Below are positions 30,188 to 41,274 of a stretch of 64,000 nucleotides of DNA, in pieces (positions within the stretch are counted from its first letter, which is position 1; every line of letters starts with the position of its first letter). The translations under genes were made by a program, and so were the position numbers. This stretch comes from Dehalococcoidia bacterium (GTDB lineage Bacteria; Chloroflexota; Dehalococcoidia; Lucifugimonadales; G963668185), in contig OZ253485.1 in assembly GCA_965261935.1 (NCBI GenBank), positions 472,388 through 536,387 on the forward strand. The letters run 5' to 3'. Under the pieces are notes generated by a model that searched no databases, had not been told where the DNA came from, and saw only the letters and a program-made list of their open reading frames with translations.

Positions 30188-30262
30188 GTTCGAGTCCAGT
30201 CTGGTGAGCCTATTTTGACAGTAGCCAGAACTATCTTCGAGATGTGGCTAGGGGCAGTGTGA
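30188..30262 (+). other. att-like junction: tRNA 3'-end-like sequence followed by a conserved motif
   Basis: GTTCGAGTCCAGTCTGGTGAGCC followed by a 31-nt motif (30217-30247) that matches the reverse complement of 60003-60033 at 28/31 positions. Confidence 0.5.
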
Positions 30263-30377
30263 ACTACCGGGGCCCTCGGCCTTAGAAGTATTCCGTGACA
30301 GGCTGGAGGAACGAAAGAGGGATACGGTGGCCCCGCCGCCCTCTTCGGCTCTGTTATGCTTCTTCCTGTTCCGGCGC

Positions 30378-30490
30378 TTCGCCCTATCCATCCGGTGGCC
30401 GACGCGGGGCTCTGCAAAGAAGTAGGTGAGGGTGCTCGTGTCCTCGCCCAGGTTGCGGCGCAGCCTCCTCACAATGGCTCGCACGGGACC
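30378..30490 (-). pseudogene. C-terminal fragment of an OmpR/KdpE-type winged-helix response regulator
   Basis: VRAIVRRLRRNLGEDTSTLTYFFAEPRVGHRM resembles the KdpE-type IRRLRRKLGED...IxTEPRVGYRM tail. Confidence 0.6.
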
Positions 30491-30542
30491 CGAGCCGGTT
30501 GATAATCTTGGCCCCAGACCCGTCGCAGCTATTGGTCGTGGG

Positions 30543-31244
30543 TCACTGCCCCTCCGGCACTGGCTGGGAGTCAACACCCACCACCACGTCGTCCACCAGG
30601 CCGTTCCGCACTGCCCAGATCACGAGTTCCTGCTTCGTCCCGATGCCCAGCTTGTCCTGTATGCGGTAGAGGGTGTTCCGGACGGTCACAGTACTGTTGC
30701 CCCTCGCCTCGGCGATCTCGACGTAAGACCGGCCGCGGGCGAACAGCGTCAGAACCTCCCGCTCCAGCGCCGTCAGCTTGGCCGAAGGCTGACGGGAGAC
30801 GAGCTTACGCTCGCCGCGGATCATCGCGAAGACCCGCCTCACTGCCTCGTCCGGAACTTGTAGCCGACCTTCGGCCACACCCAGAACGGCTTCCACCAAC
30901 TCCTCCGGTCGTGAATACTTCTGAAGGTAGCCCGTCGCCCCGGCGGCAACCGCCTCAATCACCGCATGCTCTTCAGTCGAAGCCGTCAGCATCATGACCC
31001 GTTTGTCGGGCAGAAGCTCCATGATCTCCCGGCAGGCATCACTGCCGTCCTTGCCCGGCATGATCACATCCATGACGAAGACCTCCGGTTTCACCTCTTC
31101 GACGGTCCTCAATGCCTCCTCTCCATCTCCAGCCTGTCCCACCACCTCGAAGCGGCCCGATGCTTCCAGCACGTCCCGCAGGCCACTCCTCATGACGGGA
31201 TGGTCATCCACCACCATCACCCGTATCCGACCTGCTGTTGACAT
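30543..31244 (-). CDS. NarL/FixJ-family response regulator
   Basis: VVDDHPVMR, MDVIMP, MLTAS, GYLQK and a LuxR HTH (LTALEREVL...TVRNTL). Confidence 0.92.
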   Translation of the reverse strand: MSTAGRIRVMVVDDHPVMRSGLRDVLEASGRFEVVGQAGDGEEALRTVEEVKPEVFVMDVIMPGKDGSDACREIMELLPDKRVMMLTASTEEHAVIEAVAAGATGYLQKYSRPEELVEAVLGVAEGRLQVPDEAVRRVFAMIRGERKLVSRQPSAKLTALEREVLTLFARGRSYVEIAEARGNSTVTVRNTLYRIQDKLGIGTKQELVIWAVRNGLVDDVVVGVDSQPVPEGQ

Positions 31245-31245
31245 C

Positions 31246-32466
31246 TCAGCCTCCTCTTTGGTCCGCCACATAGGGGATCACACAAGAAATGGTCGTTCCG
31301 CCTGCCTCTTCGCCGATCTCCACGATGAGCGCTCCGCCCATCTGCTCAGCGTCCGACCTCATCCCGTTGAAGCCCCGGCCGCGTTCGGCGTAGCCGTCGG
31401 GAAGACCCATTCCGTCGTCCGAGACGGCGAGCCTGATCTGGTCGGCCTCGAAGCTCAACCTGACCTCGACTCTCCCAGGCCGGGCGTGCAGGAAGGCGTT
31501 GGTCAGGGCATTGTGCGCGATGGAGAAGAGACGAGTTCGGGTCTCCGTGGTGAGAGGGGGCTCAGCTCCCGACTGCGACATTTCGGCATGGACGCCCATG
31601 ATCTTCTCAAATGTCGCACAGTGCGACCACAAGACTCGTCCCAGTTCCCGGCCCTCCAGGATGTGTCCCACGTCGATGGGGCCCCTCACCTCCCACATAG
31701 CCGACCTTGTCAGCGCAGACGTTGCATCCAGGGCAGCCACCAGGTCCTCGTTCGATTCGCCAGCCAGCTCCCGAGCCCTGTGAATGCCCAGGCCAATCAT
31801 GTAGGCGGTCTGAGCCGTCGTGTCGTGAATCGTCTGGGAGAGATCGATGCGTTCCCGCAGCAACTGCCGCTCCCTGGACACCGCAGTCTGCCACCTGACG
31901 CGCTCGAACCGGGTGATGAAGCTGATGCCCAGTACCATGAGGTACATCACCGCCAGCCTGCCCACCAGAACCTTCTCGTCGCCCGAATCCAGATCGAGAC
32001 CGGAGCCCACCATTAGGCACACGACGGCGTAGGCAAGGGCGGCCGTCGTCGTCCAGGCGAAACTCAGTAAGGAGGACGAGAAGACCACGGCAAAAACGGC
32101 GAGAGTTGGGTAGTAGGCCAGGAAGACGAAGCTCTTGAACCCCCCGCCGATGACTACGCCGACCATGATCAGCGCAACGTCCACGGTGCTGAGGAGAAGC
32201 ATCCATCGCCATGTCACCGGCCTGTTCGTCAGGAGCCGGTAGTGGACCAGGCCGTTGAACACTGCCAGCAGCAGGGGAAGGGGCAAGTATTCGAGGTCAT
32301 CGGGAAACCAGAAACCAGGCCGGTAGGCCATCTGGAAGATGCTGACTAGCCAGAAGAACCAGCGACCCCAGACCGAAACCCTTGCGGCATGCAGGACTAC
32401 GTCCGGGTCGGCTAGGTTGCCCGGCATCACCCACTTCTGTATGGCTTCTATGCCGGCCTTCAGCAA
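31246..32466 (-). CDS. Membrane sensor histidine kinase (HisKA_3/NarX-like)
   Basis: About 5-6 TM segments, H-box IHDTTAQ, N-box EALTNAFLH-like NALTNAFLH, DDGMG and GFNGMR. The start may be at 32427. Confidence 0.88.
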   Translation of the reverse strand: MLKAGIEAIQKWVMPGNLADPDVVLHAARVSVWGRWFFWLVSIFQMAYRPGFWFPDDLEYLPLPLLLAVFNGLVHYRLLTNRPVTWRWMLLLSTVDVALIMVGVVIGGGFKSFVFLAYYPTLAVFAVVFSSSLLSFAWTTTAALAYAVVCLMVGSGLDLDSGDEKVLVGRLAVMYLMVLGISFITRFERVRWQTAVSRERQLLRERIDLSQTIHDTTAQTAYMIGLGIHRARELAGESNEDLVAALDATSALTRSAMWEVRGPIDVGHILEGRELGRVLWSHCATFEKIMGVHAEMSQSGAEPPLTTETRTRLFSIAHNALTNAFLHARPGRVEVRLSFEADQIRLAVSDDGMGLPDGYAERGRGFNGMRSDAEQMGGALIVEIGEEAGGTTISCVIPYVADQRGG

Positions 32467-32842
32467 GCCAAGGCCCCCGGTCCCGAGTCACCTACTTGGA
32501 TGCGCTTTGACATTACAGATCGAATATCCCCCATATGGCCGCGCAATCTCGCTGCGCTACCCACTGACAACTTACATCTGTTGCTCAGGGGCTGCCAGAG
32601 CACATTGCACCAATTGGACTAGGCAAAACGATGGATAAGAGTGAGCAAAAGGCAAAGGCAACATTTTCCATTGTCACCTATCGCAGCGCCGAGGAATGAT
32701 GAGAGACTCTCGCGGCAACGCCGAAGGGCTGGGACCGGCTTAGTTCGCCCTTGACGGATGAAATGTCCTTCGTCGGGACGTTGGCCGATGGTGCGGCATC
32801 GCGAATGTCGAGACAGCAACCGCATGAAATGAGAAGTTCTGA

Positions 32843-35336
32843 ATGAAGACAGCAACCATGGGTAACCGGGTTCGTGTAGGTGTTCTCTTAACAATGCTTG
32901 TTGTGGCTACGCTCATGCTCGTTATGAGCCACGCCACCCCTGCGCTTGCGGCTGGCTCTACTGCCCCGTCATTTGAAGCGAATTCCTACGAGTTCTCAGT
33001 CGACGAAAACACCGCCCCCGACACTTTGGTACAGTCGGTGGCCGCCACCGATCTCGATGGCGATTCCCTCACCTACTCTGTCGGCGGAACCGACGCGGCG
33101 AAGTTCAATGAGGTGTTCGCCATGAGCACAAGCACTGGCGAGATCACCGTCAAGCCGGGCGCTTCCATCAACTACGAGTCAGCCGAGCCGACTTCCTACC
33201 GGGTCAATGTCATGGTGACCGACGGGGAGGACGACTCCGGCGCCACGCAAACCGTACCAACGACCGACGCGACCGTCCCCATGATCATCGAGATCGTCAA
33301 CATCGACGAACCGGGAACAGTCACGCTGTCAACATCCTCACCCCAGTTAGGAGTGGGGTTGAGCGCCACTTTATCCGATCCCGACGGCCGTAAAGGGGGG
33401 ATCTACAACTCATGGTGGTCCAGGGCCAACAACGCTGATGGCCCGTTCTTCCTCACAGCCGGCGACTACTACGAAAATTATCGCAGTACGACCTATACAC
33501 CGAAGGAAGCAGACAAGTACATGTACATTAAGTTCACCGTACAATACTTTGATCGCACTTGTACTAGAGTGTCCACCAGACCCGAAATCACAAACCGATG
33601 CATCAAGACCGCGGAGCGGGTGAGCGCCAGCCGCGTGGCAGACGAGGAAGGCTTGATCATTTAACAGCAGGTATCCAACACCCCAGCAACGGGACAGGTT
33701 ACTGTCACACCCACTAGTGACCTGCAGGTTGGCTATCATCTCAACGCTAAGGCGCGCAACATACGGGACGAAGACGGCACCGAATCTCTACGCAATCACC
33801 TAACCTTTTTGACGTGGCGGTGGTTTCGCATTGACCCCGTGACCGCAGTGGAGTCGCAGGTTCCCTCATGGGTGCACGGCGGTTGGTATACGTGGGTCTA
33901 CGTGATCAAGGACGCCGATAGGGGCAAGGGCATTCAGGCGCGGGTCTTCTTTCTCGATGATCACGGCAATACCGAGACGCTGAGGGGCCCGCTCCTCCCG
34001 ATACCGGCCCCACCCAACAACGTGGCCACCGGTACCCCTGTCATCACGGGCACAGCGCAGGTGGGGGAGACACTTTCCGTAGACCTGTCCGGCGTCAGCG
34101 ACGATGACGACATCGCCACCAGCACGCTCACCTACCTGTGGTATGCAAACGACGGCGCAGATGACACGGCTATCGAAGGCGCAACGGGTTCTACCTACAC
34201 ACCTGTGGCCGATGATGAGGGCAAAACTATCACGGTGCAGGTCATCTTCACTGACGGATTTGGTTACAACGAGGTCGTGACCAGCGCGCCCAAGGCGGCG
34301 GTAACGGGCGCAACTGAAAACACGGACAGAGGCGCGCACACGGAGACGGTAGGGGGCGAAACTATCAAGGTCGACTCCAACACTCCGGCCACGGGATTGC
34401 CCACCATCACCGGTGCCGCCCAGGTGGGTGAGACCCTCACTGCCGGCATCACCGGCATATCCGACGGCGACGGCCTCTACAACGCTACCTTCACATACCA
34501 GTGGCTCGCCGACGACGCTGAGATCAATGGTGCAACCGACAGCAGCTACACCCTAGTTGCCGCCGACGCGGGCAAGGCCATCAAGGTTAAGGTGTCCTTC
34601 ACCGACGACGCAGGCAATGACGAGCAGCTAACCAGCGCCGCAACGGGCGCGGTGGCGGCGGCTCCACCTCCTCCCAACAGCCCGGCCACGGGGTTGCCCA
34701 GTATCACCGGCACGGCCCAGGGCGGTGAGACCCTAACCGCCGGCGTCACCGGCATATCCGACGGCGACGGTCTCAACAACGCTGCCTTCGCCTACCAGTG
34801 GCTCGCCGCCGACGCTGAGATCAACGGGGCAACCGCCAGTAGCTACACCCTTGTTGCCGCCGACGCGGGCAAGGTCATCAAGGTTAAGGTGTCCTTTACC
34901 GACGACGCAGGCAACGACGAGGAACTGACCAGCGCCGCAACGGGCGCGGTGGCGGCGGCAGTGGCGGCAGTCGTTAACCCGCCGCTGACGGCCAGCGCCC
35001 AGAACGTGCCTTCGTCCCATGACGGGAGCGCCACGTTCATCTTCGAGCTGCGCTTCAGCGAGGAGTTGGTGTCGGACTTCAGCTACGTGACTATGCGGGA
35101 TCATGTGTTAACCGTGACCGGGGGGGGGGGGGGGGGGCTCGGTGACCTATGTGCGTCGGCTGGGGCCGCCCAGCAATATCGGGTGGGAGATCCACGTTAC
35201 GCCGGACTCAGACGACTCCTTGATCATCGTACTGCCCGTGACCGAGGACTGCGACGCCCAGGGCGCCATGTGCACCGAGGACGGCAGGATGCTGTCCAAC
35301 TCGATGGAGCTCACGGTCAACGGGCCCGGCCAGTAG
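32843..35336 (+). pseudogene. Secreted cadherin plus Ig-like repeat adhesin, split by an in-frame TAA (33662-33664) and a poly-G frameshift (35120-35137)
   Basis: Signal peptide, cadherin-like APSFEANSYEFSVDEN...ATDLDGD. The frame continues after TAA (QQVSNTPATG...) into ORF 33809. It contains NTPATGxPTITGxAQVGETL repeats, with a 297-nt tandem pair from 34379 and 34676. The C-terminal domain continues in another frame (35142-35336). Confidence 0.8.
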
Positions 35337-35487
35337 CGGGGAACAAGAAGAAGTAGGCAAGTATGAACGGGCGAGGCGGGCGCTCCGACCGGGACCGGGA
35401 CCTCCCGCGGTATGAGCGATACAGGAATGGGATCTCTGCGCCCGCATAATAGAAGGCCTACGGCTGTGCTCTGGGAGCGCTTGCGCC

Positions 35488-35706
35488 ATGCCTCGACAGC
35501 GCCCACATCACAGCAGAAGAACCTACGTCTTCCCCGCCAACTTCCCGCAGCGGCTCAAGCGGTTCCAGGAAGACTCGGGCCTGTCGTGGTCTGAGATCGC
35601 CCGCCGCTTGGAGACTTATCGCCACACCGTATGGCGTTGGGCTGATGGCGGGGTCCCGCCCAACCATCAATCACAGGCGCTCTTGCTCCCCATTTCGTTG
35701 GAATAG
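35488..35706 (+). CDS. Small XRE-like HTH protein (possibly truncated)
   Basis: FPQRLKRFQEDSGLSWSEIARRLETYRHTVWRW. Confidence 0.55.
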   Translation: MPRQRPHHSRRTYVFPANFPQRLKRFQEDSGLSWSEIARRLETYRHTVWRWADGGVPPNHQSQALLLPISLE

Positions 35707-35791
35707 ACTGGAATTCCCAGGAGAATCTGAACCTGCCGCCAGTAGATTAATCCGGAACTTTTCATTCGATAGAGGAAGGGGAATACGCTCT

Positions 35792-36952
35792 ATGTTGTGG
35801 AAAATGATTGCCCTGCTTTGCTTGCCTGTGCTTCTAGTTCTTGCCTGTGGTTCAGACTCCGACGAGCCTTTCACAATCGGCGCAATGGATGCGCTTACCG
35901 GTGTCGCCGAGTCCTATGGCAATCCTCTACATCAGGCCAAGTTGCTTGCCGTGGAGGAGATCAACGCAGCCGGAGGTATCAACGGCCGTGAGTTGAAGCT
36001 CGTCGTCGAGGACTCCAAGTGCGGGGCCCAGGATGCCATCACCGCCTACAAGAAGCTTACCGATGTAGACGGTGTCAAAATAATCCTGGGCACGACATGC
36101 AGCGGCTCAATGCTCGGAGCCGCCCCACTCGCCGAAAAAGACGGTGTCGTCCTTCTTTCCGCTTCCGCCACAAGCCCTGACATCGCCTCCGCGGGCGACT
36201 ACATCTTCCGAACTGCTATCAACGACCTTCAGCTGGGCATCGACATGGGCAACACCCTCTGGGTTGACGGAAGGCGCAGTATCGCCACTATCACCGAGTC
36301 GACCGACTATGCTGAAGGTACGCGCCGCACCGCCGTCGAGCAGTTCGAGAAGCTGGGAGGCTCCGTGGTGGCCGCGGAAGGCTACTCCTCCGACGTTATC
36401 GACTTCCGTAGCCAGTTGACAAAGCTGTTCGTCAAGAACCCTGACGCGCTCCTCTTGGCCGCCCAGGGCGAGGCCTCCGGTGGCACCATCATCAAGCAGG
36501 CCCGCGAGCTGGGTTACGACGGCCCGATCTACTCCGAGATCGTACCAACGGCCCCCGTGGCCCTCGGTATCGCCGGTGACGCCGCCACAGGCCTGAAGGC
36601 CGTTATTCCTAACCCCGATCTAGCCAGCCCCGCCGGCAAGGAGTTTCTGGCAAACTTCAAGGATCGCTATGGTAAAGTCGCTTCACTGCCTTGGTTCCAG
36701 GCTTCCGCCTACGACGATGTATACATCGCCGCCGAATGCCTGAAAAAGACCGACGACGACCAGGACGCCGACGGATTCCGAGACTGTCTGAACAACATCA
36801 CCTGGACCGGGGCCATCGGTGACGACTACAGCTTCGACGAGAATGGGGATGTGGTTGGGCTGTCCAACGTAGTCGTCGAGGTTCTCCCGACCGCCGAGCG
36901 TACTGATGACAACCTCGGCTACCGCGTTCTGGGCCCGGCCCCCACACCGTAA
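35792..36952 (+). CDS. Branched-chain amino acid ABC substrate-binding lipoprotein (orphan)
   Basis: Lipobox VLAC, AVEEINAAGGINGRELKLVVEDSKC and YIFRT. No permease genes nearby. Confidence 0.88.
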   Translation: MLWKMIALLCLPVLLVLACGSDSDEPFTIGAMDALTGVAESYGNPLHQAKLLAVEEINAAGGINGRELKLVVEDSKCGAQDAITAYKKLTDVDGVKIILGTTCSGSMLGAAPLAEKDGVVLLSASATSPDIASAGDYIFRTAINDLQLGIDMGNTLWVDGRRSIATITESTDYAEGTRRTAVEQFEKLGGSVVAAEGYSSDVIDFRSQLTKLFVKNPDALLLAAQGEASGGTIIKQARELGYDGPIYSEIVPTAPVALGIAGDAATGLKAVIPNPDLASPAGKEFLANFKDRYGKVASLPWFQASAYDDVYIAAECLKKTDDDQDADGFRDCLNNITWTGAIGDDYSFDENGDVVGLSNVVVEVLPTAERTDDNLGYRVLGPAPTP

Positions 36953-37091
36953 CCTCTTCGACACCGCAGCTGCAAAGAGCGTGGCCGCTCTTTCGCATCG
37001 ACTGGCAGGCCGAACACACCGGCAATGGAAGAGCCTCCGCCCTGTGGCATACGATTGCTCCGCCCTTGTATCTTGGTAACGGTTCCCAATA

Positions 37092-38780
37092 GAGCCTGTC
37101 TCAAAAGTCTGATCTGGCAACAGGTATGTCTTCCGATGTACCTTTGATGCGACATTAGTTAGGGAGATTCTGAGATGCCGCTTCGACCGATGAACAGAGA
37201 GCAGATGTGGATGTTGCCGCCAAGGCTTGACGAGCTGTTGCCGTTGGATCATCCTGCGCGATTCGTGGCCGAGTTCGTCGACGTTTTGGACAGGGGTGCG
37301 TGGGCGGAGCTTGGCGTGGCGATAGAGAGTGATTCACTGGGAGCGCCAGCCTACCACCCCCGTGCACTGTTGAGTGTGTGGCTGTACGGCTTCATGACCG
37401 GGGTGCGCTCGTGCCGGAAGCTGGAGGCGGCCTGCCGGGACCAGATACCATACCTGTGGCTGACCGGGTGGCAGCATCCGGACCACAACACCCTGTGGAG
37501 GTTCTACAAAGGGCATCGGCAAGCCATGAGGAAGCTGTTCGAGCAGACGGTGCGCACGGCGGTGGCCATGAAGCTGGTGGACCTGGCGGTCCAGGCGGTG
37601 GATGGTACAAAGGTGGCCGCCAACGCCTCAGTGAACAGAAGCTACGATGCCGAGGGACTGAGTGGGCTGCTGGGTCGGTTGGACAAGGCGATAGACGACC
37701 TTGAGGCTCAGAACGAAGCAGGAGGAGACGCTGCCGTTGCCCATCTGCCTGGTGAGTTGGCCGACAAGGAGGTCTTGAGAGAGAAGGTGAGGCAGGCGAT
37801 GGCCGACCTTGGGAGTCAGAAGCGCCATAAGCGTATCAATCTGACCGACATGGACGCCCGGCTTATGAAGGGCAGGCAGGGCATCGTGGCTGGCTACAAC
37901 GCCCAGGCTATGGTCTCGCCCACGGACACGAAAGAGGGAGCGTCCGGCATGTTGGTCACCGCTGTGGACGTGGTGGAGCAGGCCAACGACAATGCCCTGC
38001 TGGCGCCGATGGTTGAGCAGGCCGAAGAGACGACGGGGACGAGGGCGCCGATGACGTTGGCTGACGCCGGATATTTCGCCGCGAGTCACCTGGCAGAGTG
38101 CGACCGTCGAGGTCAGCAGGTGGTGGTGTCAGAGGCAAGACAACGGTTCCTCAAAGACCCGTATCACAAGGACAGATTCACCTATGACGGGCACAGCGAC
38201 AGCTTTACGTGTCCACAGGGGCAGACGCTCGAGTTCGTCCGGATACAGCATGCGAACAGAGTCCCGTTGCGCCTGTACCGGGCTTCCGGGGCCGTTTGTC
38301 AGGCATGCCCAGTCTTCAGGGTCTGTACCAAGGCCAAGGAGATTGGGCGAAGTCTGGCCATAGGGCCGCACGACGCAGTGCTACGTCGCCATCGCGCCTG
38401 GATGTCCACCGCAGCAGCCAAAGAGGCTTACGGGCTGAGAAAGCAGCTGGTCGAGCCGGTCTTCGGAATCATCAAGGAGCAACAGGGAGCACGGAGATTC
38501 CTGCTGCGTGGCCTCGCCAACGTGGCGGCCGAGTGGACCGTATTGGCCACCGCTTTCAACCTGCGCACCCTGTGGCGGGCCTGGCGCTCCCGCTCCTTCA
38601 TCCAGCTACCCCACGGGCCGAATCTCCATCCCACTTCCTGATCCCAACTGGGCCGGCAATCACCCTTCGCCAATCCATCGCCACCTTCAACTCTCCCGGC
38701 AAGGGTTGTTCAATAAATCCCACCGGCTTAATCCAACTGCTCCTACCTCCCACCCTCTACATCACTTTTGGGACAGGCTC
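37092..38780 (+). mobile_element. IS1182-family insertion sequence
   Basis: 17-bp inverted repeats GAGCCTGTCTCAAAAGT / GAGCCTGTCCCAAAAGT and a 4-bp target duplication AATA (37088-37091, 38781-38784). Confidence 0.9.
37175..38641 (+). CDS. IS1182-family transposase
   Basis: AYHPRALL, PDHNTLWRF, AVDGTKV, NLTDMDARLM, GYNAQ, LADAGY and EPVFGIIK. Confidence 0.95.
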   Translation: MPLRPMNREQMWMLPPRLDELLPLDHPARFVAEFVDVLDRGAWAELGVAIESDSLGAPAYHPRALLSVWLYGFMTGVRSCRKLEAACRDQIPYLWLTGWQHPDHNTLWRFYKGHRQAMRKLFEQTVRTAVAMKLVDLAVQAVDGTKVAANASVNRSYDAEGLSGLLGRLDKAIDDLEAQNEAGGDAAVAHLPGELADKEVLREKVRQAMADLGSQKRHKRINLTDMDARLMKGRQGIVAGYNAQAMVSPTDTKEGASGMLVTAVDVVEQANDNALLAPMVEQAEETTGTRAPMTLADAGYFAASHLAECDRRGQQVVVSEARQRFLKDPYHKDRFTYDGHSDSFTCPQGQTLEFVRIQHANRVPLRLYRASGAVCQACPVFRVCTKAKEIGRSLAIGPHDAVLRRHRAWMSTAAAKEAYGLRKQLVEPVFGIIKEQQGARRFLLRGLANVAAEWTVLATAFNLRTLWRAWRSRSFIQLPHGPNLHPTS

Positions 38781-39035
38781 AATAGTGACTTCACAGACGT
38801 GGAGTGAGGTGTGGCAGACCGATCCGCCCCTGGTCGTCAAAGACCGTTGTCAAGCAAGGGTCGCCGCACCATCCCCAAGCAGAGCCCGAACGGTTGCCCG
38901 GGCCGATTGAGCCCGCATCTCGCAAGGAAGGGCCAATGCTCTACACAGGAGTGGTCTGCTGTCGGCGTTCAGCATGAGTGTCACGCTGCGGTGGGCGTCA
39001 GCGGAGGGTCTTAGCGGGATCGAGCGGGGAGCGGT

Positions 39036-39819
39036 CTAGGCGTCAGTGGGGCTGCCGGCAGGCCGTAGGACGACGCCCGTCTTGCTCTGCCTGAGGCGGT
39101 AGCTCTCTCCGTTCATCTCCAGGATGTGGACTCTGTGAGTGAGGCGGTCCAGCAGGGCGCCGGTCAGCCTCTCCGAGCCAAGGACCTCCGTCCATTCGTC
39201 GAAGGGCAGGTTGGTGGTAACCAGGATAGACCCTCGCTCGTAGCGCTGGCTGAAGACTTCGAAGAGCAGCTCCGCTCCTGTTCTGGACAGCGGTACGAAG
39301 CCCAACTCGTCAACGATGAGCAGCTTGAGCCGGGCCAGCTTCTTCTGAAGGTTGAGCAGTCGCCGCTCGTCCCCGGCCTCGATCAGCTCGTGTACCAGCG
39401 AGGCGGCGGTGGTGAAGCCGACCGACAGTCCCCTCTGGCAGGCGGCCAGTCCCAGGCCGAGCGCGACATGGGTCTTGCCGGTCCCGCTGTTGCCGACGGC
39501 GATCACGTTCTCGCGCCGGTCGACGTACTCGCAGCGGGCAAGCTGCATGACCAGATGCTTGTTCACAGACGGCATGGCGAGGAAGTCGAAGGTGTCGAGG
39601 CTCTTGACCGCGGGGAAGCGCGCGGCCCTGATCCGACGGTCCACCATGCGGTGATGGCGGTCTATGAGCTCGAGCTCGGCCAGCCTCAGCAGGTAGCCTG
39701 GATGGTCGACGCCCTTCGGCGGCGCAGACGCCGGCAACCTTGCCGTACTCCCTCAGGAAGGTCGGCAGCTTCAACTCCCTGAGGTGGTGCTCCAACAGCA
39801 CCGTGGCCTTCTCGCTCAT
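39036..39819 (-). pseudogene. istB: IS21 helper ATPase IstB, frameshifted near codon 36
   Basis: The N-terminus MSEKATVLLEHHLRELKLPTFLREY (39819 frame) joins GNSGTGKTH, IVDELG and TTNLPF in another frame. Confidence 0.85.
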
Positions 39820-40915
39820 CGCCCACCCGCCGGCAGCAGCGCCATGTAGTCGCCTGCCGATGTCGTTGTCACGTTCACCCTGGGCAGGTGGGGGTACAGT
39901 TCCAGGTCGAGTCTCTCAGGGCGTCCCTCGATCCTGCACAGCACCAGGTGCTTGACCGCGTCGAAGCTTATGGCCCCGAGCCTGAGGGCGTCGCGCACAC
40001 CCTCGTGCACCTCCTCCTTGCGGAAGTTCTCCATCAGCCGCAACACCTGCACGAACTCCCGCTTGCCTCGCCTGTCCATCCGCGACTCAAGCAGCCGGCG
40101 CAGCACTCCGAACTCCTCCGGCAACTCCCATCCGGCAAGCGGAGCGGCCTGGTCAAGGGCTCCCACCTTACGCTCCAGCAGCGGCAGGTAGTGGACGGGG
40201 TCGAACACGAAGTCGTCTCGTTCGTATGAGCGGGCATGCCGGGCTATCACCTCAGACCCGCAGCTGATCACCACCCTGTCCACATAGCCTCTCACCAACA
40301 CTTCCCTGTGGCCGTAGGCCACGGGCACCGAGTAGTCGTTGGTCCTGTACTTCACCAGGGACAGCGAGCTGACTCTACTCACGTGCCTGTCGCCGGCGTC
40401 GTAGTGTGTGGCCGGAAGCGGAAGGAGGGCATCGAGGTCTCGCTCCATCCGCTGACCTATCATCTCGTCGTGCCGGCGCAGCCGTCTGCCCAGCCGTTCC
40501 AGGCACCGCTCCACCTGGTGGGTATTGAGCGCATCGAAGCTCGGATACGACGGCGCCGGCAGCAGGAAGTTGCGGCGCACATAGCCCACCAACCCCTCCA
40601 CCTTCCCCTTGTCGTTGCCCTTGCCGGGACGGCCGAACCGGTCATCGAACAGGTAGTGTGACACCAGCTCAGAGAACACGCGGTTACGCCTGCGCCGGCC
40701 GCCTCCCATGATCCTGGCCACGGCCAGCTTCGTGTTGTCGTACACGATGCTCCGCGGCACACCGCCGAGGAAGGAGAATGCCGAGACGTGACCGTCGCAG
40801 AACGCCTCGGTGGTCTCCGCTGGGTACGCCTTGATGAAGCACCCTTCGCTGTGGAGAAGGTCGAGCACGAAATAGTGGACGGTCCGCTCCACTCCGCCGA
40901 TCACCGCCTTGGCCT
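39816..40915 (-). pseudogene. istA: IS21 transposase IstA lacking its N-terminal third
   Basis: FGQAKAVIGG, IVYDN, KGNDKGKVEG and YSVP; overlaps the istB start. Confidence 0.85.
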
Positions 40916-41040
40916 GGCCGAAGGCGACCTGCTCCGGACTGTATCGGGACCTCTTCACGGGACGATCCTCCTTTCCAATCAGTTTAGATCATCCCGAAAG
41001 ACTCGCACTATTACTCGCTCAGTTCTTGGAGGGCAGACCA
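40916..41040 (-). mobile_element. IS3-family left end with the first codons of OrfA, fused to istA
   Basis: TGGTCTGCCCTCC terminus, RBS GGAGGA and MKRSRYSPEQVAFG resembling IS3 OrfA starts. Confidence 0.6.
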
Positions 41041-41274
41041 GATGCCTTCACTGCATCGTGGTGGTATCCTATTCCACCCAAGTGCTTTTCCGTAGCTTGT
41101 TACCGAATGTGGCGTATCCCAGACACATCCAACCGCTTCTTGAACCAGAGGTCTTCTGGGATGGTCTGTGACACCTGAGTGGGGAAATTGTCCGCCTTGA
41201 TTCGAGTTCGCCTAGGCAAATCTCGACGTCAGTGGCTGCTGCGTCGGTAATTCGATTTAGGAGGAATTATCCAA

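Noticed and set aside
30170-30215. Intact tRNA gene
   Set aside because: Only a T-loop and 3'-end-like stretch is present; the T stem cannot pair and no D or anticodon arm is found.
38790-38900. IS21 right inverted repeat
   Set aside because: A TGTCAA start is present near 38848, but there is no matching left end or clear internal repeats to confirm it.
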